Of a stretch of 64,000 bases of DNA, positions 55,401 to 64,000 are shown piece by piece. Positions within the stretch are counted from its first letter, which is position 1; each line of letters begins with the position of its first letter. Location of the stretch: contig JAQGDQ010000086.1 of the NCBI GenBank assembly GCA_030141605.1, positions 367,418 through 431,417 of the forward strand, in the 5' to 3' direction. Under the pieces are notes generated by a model that saw only the letters and a list, made by a program, of their open reading frames with translations, had not been told where the DNA came from and made no database searches. The DNA is from Tubiluchus corallicola. Taxonomy: Eukaryota; Animalia; Priapulida. The position numbers and the translations under genes were made by a program.

Positions 55401-58344
55401 TTATTAGCAAGTTTGCAATACTAATCAGATCTGCCAACAACTGTGAATCATGGAAAAATACGACATTTAACAAAGAGATGAGTGAAACAATTAAAAAGAT
55501 GATAAGTGTAAAATGTTCATTTGCACAAGTTAATCTGCAATATCAATTTTGCAATGAACTTTAAAGCAGATGACATAGCTAACAAGCAGTTAGTTTAGTT
55601 GTGCATTACTGATCAAAGTTAAAAAGCGAAAAACCCATGGCATTTTGTGCACAGCATATTTAACAAAACATCAAAAATACAGTTTTGATTGCAATAGTTA
55701 GAAGATGGCAACAACATGCACGGATAATGGAAGCACCTAGGTGGATTCATAAGCACGGATGGCAACTAGTGCCCTCTATGTAGATCCGGCGCAGTAAAAA
55801 CAGCAGTTTCGAAAAGAAATTTAGGCACAAACAAGGGCATTTAGCAAGCAAATTGTGTCAGCTGAATATATGTGTGGACAGTTCTGTTTTCTAATTATTT
55901 TAGTATCAAAATCAATCGTTCCATCAATTTGATGTTAATATTTACCTCATGCCAGAGAATGCAGTTTATTTCAAATATACAACAAAAATTGCATAATTAG
56001 TGTATGCCAATCCAAAAATGCTCAAGAATAATCTATAACTTTTTAATCACTTTAACTGTGCCATTTCAAGCGGTTAATCATAGCAACGCAAGCAGTGCAT
56101 ATTTAATTTACTACAGCACGACTAAGGCTGCAGTGCCATCTATGGTGTAAATAAGAAACATTTTTACATTGCAGTGCCATCTATCAATGTTCATGTGAAG
56201 TGTTATATCAACACATGCTGCCATCTATCTACCACTATGGTTTATTTAAGCGTGCAGTGTTGTTACTCGTACGTGTTTCCGCTGTTTCCACCAGCACGAT
56301 TTTTCTCTCTGTCTCTATTCTTGCGATGACCAGGAGCAATGGGAGGACTAAAAAACGACACATCACTTTGAACAGAAACTTCTACAATTTTGCCTAGAAA
56401 TTTCAGTAGAAGTTTCCTGCCATGCAGTATTAATAAAGGCTTCATTAATACACAAGAAAACACTCATCAGAAATAAAGCTTAAAAAATTTGTCTTGAAAT
56501 TTTATATCACTTAAGTTCTGTCTTATCACACACCAGCAACACTGTATAAAACTCGTAAATTTAAATTCTAACGAAGATCTTTAGGTGCAGCCATTTTAAC
56601 GGAAAGTTGTTTGAAACACAGCTTTGAAAAAATAATCAGAGTATTGGTAGCACACTCTTTGCTAACTAAGCAAAAGTATAAATTACTTTATATTGTCAAT
56701 AAAAGCGACAATGTGTTTTTGTGAATCAGTGTTGCATACTGGGATGGTGATGTAGACTTATTAAGAATTTCCATTTTCAGAGTCTTTCTAGCAGGTAAGC
56801 GTAATGCTAAGTAGTATAACTTTGTATGGAAAGTTCTTTGGGATACACATTAAAATTCCCTTTTCATCCGAATTAAGTAGGTGCACATGATCTATGGTAA
56901 GTAAAAAAGGGCAGCAGGTAAACTTTTAATGTAATCAAGAACAAACATTGAACTGAATTATCTAGCATTTGGCAAAAGCCCTGAAGTTACATTGCAATTA
57001 TAATCTGATTTTATGTTGTATTTAAAAATTGGCAGAGCAGATGGCCAAAATGATTCTACTCTACATTAACCAATGGACGATGAAAAAACTAGAATACCAT
57101 TAATAGAATAAAGCTAACAGTATTAATTAAATATTTATTAATTACACCCAATTTTGAAAAGCAGTAATTATAAAAAAATTTAATAAACTGAAAGCAAAGA
57201 AGTAAATTACGCAACACAAAAAGAAGTTTGTTAAAAAAGGAAACATTTTGGTTTTATAAGTTTTCAAAAAGTATAATCAATTGTTAAAAGCGTTAGCCAA
57301 AATTATCAATTAAATATTAATCAGATTTAATAAAAAATAGGTCAGATAAGGTAACTGAGATCATAGTTTATAATTTTATAGAAGATCTGGCCTATTTAGA
57401 AACGTTTATGCAAATAAAAATGCATCAAGAGCAACTAAATTAGAACGATGAGCATGTTAAATTAGGAACAGACTTTGACTCAGCACTAAAATAATTAAAA
57501 TTAGCATTAAGCAAAATGCACAAAAATTAATCTATCTATTATTAGAAAGTTAATGTAAAAATAAGCAATCTAAATAGAACTATTTTGGAATTAGTCAGAA
57601 TTATTAGACGATGAATTAAAATACGATGCTGAAGTGCTAGGAATGCAACTAGTGAATGATGATTTAAACGGTGATATTTATTACCCTTTATCGGTTAAAA
57701 ACGAATAAGAATGGAGAAATGGTAAATAAAACATTAATGTATAAAATGAATTAAAAATACAAAACGAAGGAGCATCTGTATAGTTTAGATAAAAAAAAAG
57801 GCAAAATGCTTCTAGAATAAGTTAATGTGCCAAAAGTTTCAACTAAAAAACATGACTTTTTTAACCTTAAAACTTAGCTAAACAGTTGGCATTAGTTTTC
57901 TTAAACTTACGTCTAGTTTTCTTTGCAAAACACAGTAAGGCCACTTCTTACAAAAGTAGACAGGTAAACTTTTCATAAAAATTCGCTTAATCTGCAGGAG
58001 ATATACAACAACTACATCAATGTTACCTACTTCACTTTAAAAGACCTGCAGAATTACAGTAGACATGTACACGGAGTGTTGACATTCATTTAAAATCTTA
58101 TACCACCGTATAAATAACAAATATATGGCAATGGTTTTTCTAACCAGAGCTAAATATCTGCACTTAACGAAATCTGTATTTAGCAATTATTTACTTCTTC
58201 AAATATCGTTTATTCTGCAGTAAAGCGCCTCTTACCTGGCCCCACCGGAGCCGACTCGCCCCGGTTTCTTGTTAGGAGTTGACGGGCTGTTCTTGCCATC
58301 CTTCTGCAGAGATTTGAGGGTGTTCATCAGGGTTGGAGTGCCAA
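40319..58344 (-). CDS. KCNMA1: Slo1 / slowpoke / KCNMA1 calcium-activated BK potassium channel alpha subunit, 3' part (RCK1-RCK2 linker, RCK2, Ca2+ bowl); gene continues beyond the window
   Basis: [82 protein letters not shown] and [23 protein letters not shown]; exons splice in phase. Confidence 0.97.
40430..40995. repeat. ~31-bp minisatellite in the last Slo1 intron
   Basis: Unit TACAAAGTGTGACTACCACAGATAACATTAA, roughly 15 or more degenerate copies. Confidence 0.93.
41431..41607 (-). CDS. KCNMA1: Slo1 exon (NGGRYGDLF...KRYVITNP...PTDL)
   Basis: 177 nt, phase 0-0, canonical sites, strong Slo1 match. Confidence 0.95.
42578..42772 (-). CDS. KCNMA1: Slo1 exon ([10 protein letters not shown]...IAQFG)
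   Basis: 195 nt, phase 0-0, strong Slo1 match. Confidence 0.95.
44101..44720 (+). mobile_element. Family A non-autonomous DNA element, most complete copy (~620 bp)
   Basis: Homologous to the copies at 4913-5397 and 34963-35270; family ends are at TTAA-like sites (Kolobok/piggyBac-like target, inferred). Confidence 0.75.
45095..45225. repeat. ~50-bp degenerate tandem repeat, ~2.5 copies
   Basis: TGCACTGTTCCTGCA(C/T)ATA(T/C)GAGGGTTAAG recurs. Confidence 0.7.
45531..45661 (-). CDS. KCNMA1: Slo1 calcium-bowl exon
   Basis: [44 protein letters not shown]. Confidence 0.97.
45719..45910. repeat. 93-bp tandem duplication
   Basis: ATGACAAAATGACATTTT...CGTAGTATTGAAAA occurs twice, 93 bp apart. Confidence 0.88.
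46261..46359 (-). CDS. KCNMA1: Slo1 exon ([33 protein letters not shown])
   Basis: 99 nt, phase 1-1; [23 protein letters not shown] is typical of protostome slowpoke; not in the ORF track. Confidence 0.93.
46500..47000 (+). mobile_element. piggyBac (PGBD4-like) transposase relic
   Basis: [12 protein letters not shown]...[22 protein letters not shown] matches the piggyBac EIxAFIGL...PIFRATMSRxRF..ILxxLRFD block; internally deleted; boundaries approximate. Confidence 0.7.
47752..49611 (+). CDS. Intronless cadherin-repeat single-pass membrane protein (619 aa), nested antisense in a Slo1 intron
   Basis: Hydrophobic signal-like N-terminus (...[14 protein letters not shown]), cadherin motifs (IVPE...IGT, EAKDSD, VDYE, NDKG, NPKF, AVDGE, VLES), TM segment [26 protein letters not shown], 9-aa tail. 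Confidence 0.88.
   Translation: MLHDAIVRRCFIKFSVKFFIANGLVLAACEALSICRDYPNVSIPETAEKHYWYKLPTPKENEAFFGKWLTNYPTVFSISKKTNGIYVVVQRDIRTWLTEMSEVFDPGTKLKEKPIKVSGRCRSGQLNDDHIERTIEIEIVIVSYNFFPPQFLDDTPDVIIVPEFTSIGTTLQVVEAKDSDLLPPSNEIIFTMGIQKSFYFDVVQTGASQAKVILKREVDYENHANGTLHLFVQLNDKGVTPNSKQNSERFTIKLIDESLNPKFTSVWYHTTVNNDAHTSTELDTYPTPVRAVDGETMKYDGRLTYSLVNTSQHFTMEQKGEGAIVKVGPNGLPESEYTLTIRAQVDEYHFTDAFLTVIVKQPSKPPIFLLKFYKFNVLESMPVGRWLSTIPIINQGPDTIAFTLITRDINATNKFMITPKGFLLVAAKLIPGVFNLAVRADVGQHSGFVNITLTVLEGFDKNPKFWKPEYNFVYKRSLPSTLKVNATCAGTKSALDYSILGYSNRFNINKHGEILVKVEDLSNTADHYFEFSVIACCTRGVLSAGEDQRCNSTLAKLLIASGGSIRRGHTRQQNEQKVKRTKKEITITVYTFIAVMIVVIVLNTVYLLYLRRKKHSQLE
51140..51326 (-). CDS. KCNMA1: Slo1 exon ([25 protein letters not shown]...LQGQ)
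   Basis: 187 nt, phase 0 to 1, strong match. Confidence 0.96.
52690..52914 (-). CDS. KCNMA1: Slo1 exon ([15 protein letters not shown]...PKISILE)
   Basis: 225 nt, phase 0-0, RCK2 start. Confidence 0.96.
54198..54372 (-). CDS. KCNMA1: Slo1 exon (TPSRNNS...[20 protein letters not shown])
   Basis: 175 nt, phase 2 to 0. Confidence 0.93.
56273..56347 (-). CDS. Candidate Slo1 cassette exon ([26 protein letters not shown])
   Basis: TTTTTTAG acceptor; donors GTACGA (75 nt) or GTAACA (81 nt), both phase 2-2 as this intron requires; GC-richer than the surroundings. Confidence 0.6.
58236..58344 (-). CDS. KCNMA1: Slo1 linker exon ([35 protein letters not shown])
   Basis: TGTTACAG acceptor, CAG|GTAAGA donor, phase 1 to 2 matching the next exon; GC-rich island in an AT-rich intron. 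Confidence 0.8.
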
Positions 58345-58602
58345 CTGTAACACAGAAATGAGCCTGATTTCGACAGAAATCAAATTTGCATTGCCATAAA
58401 TTTGAGCTATATTATCTACACTACAAACTAATTTAATTTCATAGTTGCACACTTGCTAGGATTAATATAACAAACAGGTTCTTGTGGCACAGGATTTCAA
58501 TAATGCTTTAAAATACTCAGACCATGATGGTAAGGTTTCAGCATTTACTGCACATTGTCTGACATAAGACTTTTCAGCAAAGCTCTTCAGTGTCTACTTC
58601 TA

Positions 58603-58974
58603 CAGTCATTTGTAAAAGTATCGGACCACCTCCAGAAATATGCCAATTTGGCAACCCTGTCTATTCATTGCATCAGCCGTGATCCCAGCACTAGTTGCCG
58701 CACACAAAGATGTGTGGGTGGAAGAAATCAAGAAAGACTATTGCACATCACTTGTAGCTAGTATGCCTCACTCACTGATGCTCATGGAGGGCACACAAAA
58801 CACTGAAATATCTTCAACATTACTCTTAAATATAATATGAATATGAATTTGAACATGCTGCGTTAATTTTTTTAAGATTTGATAACAATAAAGAATTTTA
58901 TGTTTCCATAAAATCATGTTTTCCTAATAAATGCCATTTTCTGAGGTGTGGTCCGATACTTTTGCAAATGAATT
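58603..58974 (+). mobile_element. Internally deleted Tc1/mariner element
   Basis: TA-flanked TIRs CAGTCATTTGTAAAAGTATCGGACCAC ... GTGGTCCGATACTTTTGCAAATGA; residual transposase C-terminus VWVEEIKKDYCTSLVASMP...GGHTKH. Confidence 0.85.
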
Positions 58975-59298
58975 TACAATTATAGCAAAATATTAAGCGA
59001 AAGCACAAAACTAAAATTGTTGCTGAAAGCAACCATGTTTGTTACTGAATCAAATTAATAATATTTTGATATAATTGCAGAAGTAGACACTGAAGAGCTC
59101 TGCTGAAAAGTCTTACGTCTTTCAATTTAGATACTGAATGGCTGCATATACCTGTGCACTGTGCAATAAATGCTAAAACTTTACCATCATGGTCTTAGTA
59201 TTATATAAAGCATTGTTAATATAACAAAGTTAAAAATTAACTTGATTAAAAGTGATAGTATTACTCCAAAACAGAGGCAATAAGAATCAGTGCAGTAT

Positions 59299-59319
59299 TA
59301 ATAATAATAATAATAATAT

Positions 59320-59352
<33 letters not shown>

Positions 59353-59383
59353 TTTATTATTATTATTATTATTTTTATTATTA
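59299..59383. repeat. (AAT)n-(ATT)n quasi-palindromic microsatellite
   Basis: Direct reading. Confidence 0.88.
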
Positions 59384-59658
59384 TACGTCAATTTCGAAAA
59401 TTCGGCCTGATAAAGGCCCATTTTATAATTAAGTTCATGAATAATTACTAAATAAACTGTCTAGCATAAGAAAGATAACTGAACTTATTGGGAATTAAGA
59501 AAAAATTCGTTAAATAAACTTGTTAAAAATGATAAAGCAGAAAAACCCAGAAAAACAATAATTTCCACAATTGGGGTAGCACAGAAAAAATGTGTCGAAG
59601 TTTAGATTATAATAATCTTAGAAGCAAGTACCCAACAACGTTAAATTTCATTACAATA

Positions 59659-60373
59659 CAGTTAAGTCCTCGCTTAACGACTCCCTGTTTAGCGACATTT
59701 CGTTTTAACGATGCTGAACATTGGATACCTTTTTTTCACTTAATGACGTACCGTTTCATTTTAACGATGACTTTTTTGCTTTGCTATTTTTTTTTACTTA
59801 ATGTGATGCCTTAAAACAGTACATATTGCAATATTCTAAAAGACATTAGTAATATAAACACTGCAATTCTTATATAAGTACATACGTTTTTGCTTCCCGA
59901 CTGACCACTAAATGCTAGCTGTTTGTATCAAGCGAGATCTGGGAGCAAACTTTATGGGAAGGAATTTTGCCTACAACCTGTTGTTATAGCAACCAGACTA
60001 GTGCGTACTAAGTCTCTATATAAAATTCCCAAGGCAGCCCCAGGGCTTGGCTTTGACTATGCTGCAGTGTTTATTGTTTAACCGCTACCTAGACTTAAAT
60101 AGTTAAATGTCAACTAAAGAGAAAAAGCTAGCTAGGTAAGTAAGATATATAGGTGGTTTCAAGCAAACAGAAAGAAATTAATAAGTTGAAATATGAGTAA
60201 AATTCATAAAACATTTAATTCATACGATTAAGCAGCATTGATTATTGCCTCTAGAACGTATCCCAATTCTTTTACATTACATTTTTATGCAAATCTTGGC
60301 TTCGTTTAATGACGTTTCACTTAACGTCGCATTTTGCTGGAACACATTAGGGTCGTTAAGTGAGGGACTTAGT
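59659..60373. mobile_element. Tigger/pogo-like MITE (~715 bp)
   Basis: TA-CAGTTAAGTCCTCGCTTAACGAC ... GTCGTTAAGTGAGGGACTTAG-TA, with subterminal TTAACGA repeats. Confidence 0.7.
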
Positions 60374-60704
60374 ATACATTGTTTTTTGGCTGCCAAAGTT
60401 ACAAGATTGTAGCTCTAATGGTTTTTAAATTACGACCAAAAACTCTTTCACGTATTAAAAATTTAAATGCCAGAACAATGTCGCCAATCGTCAACTGAAA
60501 AACAGCTTTTTTCTGACTTGTTGATTTAGAACTTTTGTAGGAATGGACAAACAAAAGGGAATCTCCTAAAATTTTTGCTGTTTATATCTAATCGGCTGTA
60601 ACATCAGCATGATAATTTTCCATTATTTTCTTCATATAATATCATTACCAAATCTTTGGTTGGCACATTTCTTGCACCACCTAATATATTATATTCCAAC
60701 TTAC

Positions 60705-60713
60705 CTTGCTTTA
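60705..60713 (-). CDS. Candidate 9-nt Slo1 microexon (TAAAGCAAG, xKQ)
   Basis: Minus strand: long pyrimidine tract, CTGAC, TGCTGCCACAG|TAAAGCAAG|GTAAGT; frame-preserving in the phase-1 intron. Confidence 0.6.
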
Positions 60714-60942
60714 CTGTGGCAGCACAAGTCAGTCGGCAGGAGAAACCAAGAAAATGAAAAGAAAAACAAATGCAAAATAAGAAATATTCTATTAACAACA
60801 AAATGGAAAACTTAATGTATTACTAAGATAATGGTATGTCTAGGCAACAATAAATCTTGTAGATCTGGTTTCTAATCTAATTTATTTGCAAATATAATAT
60901 ACTTAAATAAATACTTTCAGCCAGAGAGAAAAAAACCATAAA

Positions 60943-61074
60943 GTTTACAATTCCCCACACACAGGAAATTAGTTCGTAAAGCAGATTAGGGGTAGGGTTA
61001 GGATTAGGGTTAGGGTATAAGGATCAGGGTTTGGCTAGGGTTAGGGTATTTAAACTGTGTGGGGAATTGTAAAC
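60943..61074. mobile_element. Small TIR element enclosing degenerate (TTAGGG)n
   Basis: 19-bp perfect inverted repeat GTTTACAATTCCCCACACA / TGTGTGGGGAATTGTAAAC around ~10 TTAGGG-like units (60986-61046). Confidence 0.75.
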
Positions 61075-63566
61075 GCCTTCAAATCATGTACATGGGTAAT
61101 TGTTGAAAAGAGCACTAGAATTACGGATGTGAGATGGTAAAATGCCACAAATGAAACAAAACAAAACGATAAAAGAAAACGAAAACAAGATGAAAACCTT
61201 TACAAGAAAAGTTAGAAATAAAAATGCAAACGAAGACTAAGATGTGCGCAAATTTGCGTACAGTAAATTTTGCCTTATACTGATTTACCAATCACTTCAA
61301 GATAGAAAAAATGATGCGTTTATTGTAAGGTAAATTATGTTGGTTAATTGTACTGTTACCTTGTAAATCTAGAACCAACTAAAGTATAAGGTGCCAACAT
61401 TAAGGTGTTTTAAGTGGAATTTGCATCGAACATGCAATATGATGAATAAAATGCACAATTTTATCACCTAAATTGAGTTTAAAATGGGCTGGAAACTTGA
61501 AATTCAAACAGTAATGTTTTGAAATAAAAGAAAATAGACAGAAATAAATAAACAGAAGCTTAGAAAAATGGGAAATAATAGGAAAGCAGAATATATCATA
61601 ACTGTATGTGTAATATTATAGTAATAATTAAATTCTCATGTGCAAAAAACTATTTTCTAACTGGAATACAATATCCATATACACTATTATACAGACTAAA
61701 AGTCTGATGTAAGATACATCCAAAATGCACAAAATAAATAAACAAACAAATAAATAAACTAATTTTTCAACACTGTTAATAAAATTGCAACCTAAAGAAT
61801 CACTAAAAGAATAAAGTATTATCATTATTATTATAACTAACTAACATAAAACTTCTATATAAAATTGTTAGTTACTTACATTGTACTGTGTCCTTATGCA
61901 TGGCATCTATGTTGAAAGTATAAAACACAAAGTACAGTGTTATTCATGCGTATATAATACCGATTATCATTTTCTTTTAACAGTCTAACAGCACCAAAGA
62001 GTACTAATTATAATAAAAAAGGACTGACTATGCAATTAATGATTATTCAACATTTTTTCAAAATGCACAAATCATGTGACAATCAACGAACTACCAAGCA
62101 TGAGACATGGACAAAAACATCTAAGTTATAGCCAGATTAAACCTCTTAGTTTTTAATACAAAATGTACGCTGGAAAACACATTTTTTGTCTTGGTATTTT
62201 CACAAAAATTGTTGCTAAAAAGTTAGCTAAATAAAAGTATATTTTGTATAACGCAAAAATAATATTATAAAAATAGACTGATTAGAATTAGAGCAAAATA
62301 TGTTAAAATACTTAAATAGCACCAAAGTCTAAAAGCAGCTGCTACATAAGAAAAGCTGTTATCGTGCTAAGAGCAAAAAAATCAGAAATATTTCAAAACA
62401 AGCACAGCACTGTAATTAAAAGAACACACATTAACAACTGCAAAATCTCCAACAGCAAAATGCTGTTGTTTTTTGAAAAAAGAACAGCTTAAAGAATTGC
62501 AAAAAGGAAGGGGAAAAAGTCGTATCCTATCTTACATTTTTTATAAATTCTCTAACTTCTATTGCGCACTAATAATTAAGCATTATGGATATGTAAGAAT
62601 TCAAAGACTTATTATCGCTATATATTCTTAATAGTATTTCGTACATATGGTAGATTTTTGTAGTTAATTTATATGTATGTCACCGCTTTCTTGGCAATAA
62701 AAAAATCCATGTAAACTATTTAAATTTTTTGAACTTATATATACATATATATATATATATGTATATATATAAATTTACAATTCAAGACTTGAAAATACTA
62801 GTAATCATAAACGATACTAAATTAAGAAGCCTGAAAAAAGCATGTCACTTTCAAAATGTCTTAAATTCTATAAAAAAATAAATTAATAAATGACAGGACG
62901 AAGTTTTTCCTGTTTAAATAACGACGTGATGAACCACCACAAATGTAAGTGACATTGGTAACTTACTTTAATTATGTGAAAAAATTTTCTAAAAAGTTAA
63001 ACAGACCATTTCTGAAGGATACTAATGCAAAAAATTAGATCAAAGCTAAAAATCAGCAAATTAATTAATTAGAGAATAGGTTTACTTATTATGCAGATAT
63101 AAAACATGTTTTTAATGACGGAGGTTGCAAAGCTGTGCAAAATACCATCACAGTAAATGAACTGCGATTACAAAAAAAGTTTTATATAAAAATAAATAAA
63201 AAAAAGTAAATAAAGTTTTTATTTTCCAGTCTCATATTTACGTACTTTGAAATATCTATGCCATCTATAACATTTCATTGGTCTCTTGTTATGTATAATG
63301 ATAATTTGCTTTCGCACAACTTCAAATCATATAATTGTTTATCTTTTCAAAATTAACAATTACATTATCAGTCATCTAAGTAGTAAGTACGAATTTCTCT
63401 TTATTGTCCAAAATTTTTCCAAAACTGTGTCAAAAGATTTACCAAAATGCCAAAACACAGTCACTACTATGTACAAAAACATTCTCAGAAAGCATAACTT
63501 TAGAAAAATTTGTAAATAATATGCCATGTTAAAATTTATATGTGGATGAATTATAAGAAAGACGTA

Positions 63567-63849
63567 CAGGTAGTCGTCAACTTAACACCACACTCGGTTC
63601 CGGGTGATTAGTTGTAAAATGAATTGAACATAAGTTGGACCCCTACACATACGAGGTTGTGTGTGAAGTAAGTATGGCGGCACCTACTTATGAATTTATC
63701 GAAAGAGATAAGGAGTTAAGATGAGCTTGCTCAAACCAGAAAGAAATTTTAATTACTATTATTTTTGTGGGATAAATTAACCGCTGTGCGTTTAGTTCGT
63801 AAAGTCGTGTGGTCGTAAGTTGCACAGATCTTAAGTCGAAGACTACCTG
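63567..63849. mobile_element. Tigger/pogo-like MITE
   Basis: TA-CAGGTAGTCGTCAACTTAA ... TTAAGTCGAAGACTACCTG terminal inverted repeats. Confidence 0.7.
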
Positions 63850-64000
63850 CTCAGTAAAATGGCATAGAGACGTGATGCACAAAAATATGATAAACCAAAT
63901 AAAATCATGTTTTATATCTAATCTTCCTGCAGTTTCAGTTATTCCACCACTGCTGGTCAAGCCATAAAAAGCATTAAAAGGTATAACAGCAAGGTTAAAG

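Noticed and set aside
55737-55775. Exon-like 39-nt segment in the Slo1 linker intron
   Set aside because: In-frame stop in the required phase 2 and a weak GTGCTT donor.
57911-57991. 81-nt AG...GTAAGT segment on the minus strand in the Slo1 linker
   Set aside because: Open only in phase 0; in the required phase 2 it hits TGA. It could be a poison exon but nothing supports that.
62536-62558. 23-nt AG...GTAAGA segment in the Slo1 intron
   Set aside because: Not a multiple of three and poor pyrimidine tract.

Overview
AT-rich, intron-rich animal genomic DNA, most likely a non-arthropod invertebrate (protostome-type Slo1 sequence, TTAGGG-type repeats; lineage is inference). The ORF track is mostly exon fragments, so I rebuilt gene models by hand from GT-AG sites and reading-frame phase. 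Contents: (1) the 3' part of an AAK1/BMP2K (NAK) kinase gene, + strand 1-18589, with poly-Q exons, a BMP2K-type tail and a candidate 24-nt microexon; (2) an intronless TBL3/UTP13 gene, - strand 20371-22863; (3) a complete 10-exon, ~510-aa Mind bomb 2-like gene, - strand 24542-31295, encoding only MIB/HERC2-ZZ-MIB/HERC2 plus three Mib repeats, with no ankyrin or RING domains; (4) an orphan Ly6/uPAR-like Cys-rich exon at 34048-34194; (5) the 3' half of the BK channel gene Slo1/KCNMA1, - strand 40319 to beyond 58344, with candidate cassette exons and microexons in the RCK1-RCK2 linker; (6) an intronless 619-aa cadherin-repeat membrane protein gene nested antisense in a Slo1 intron (47752-49611). 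Many MITEs, piggyBac, Tc1 and LINE relics and minisatellites are also present. The best candidates for something undescribed are the ligase-less Mind bomb paralog, the nested cadherin and the microexons.
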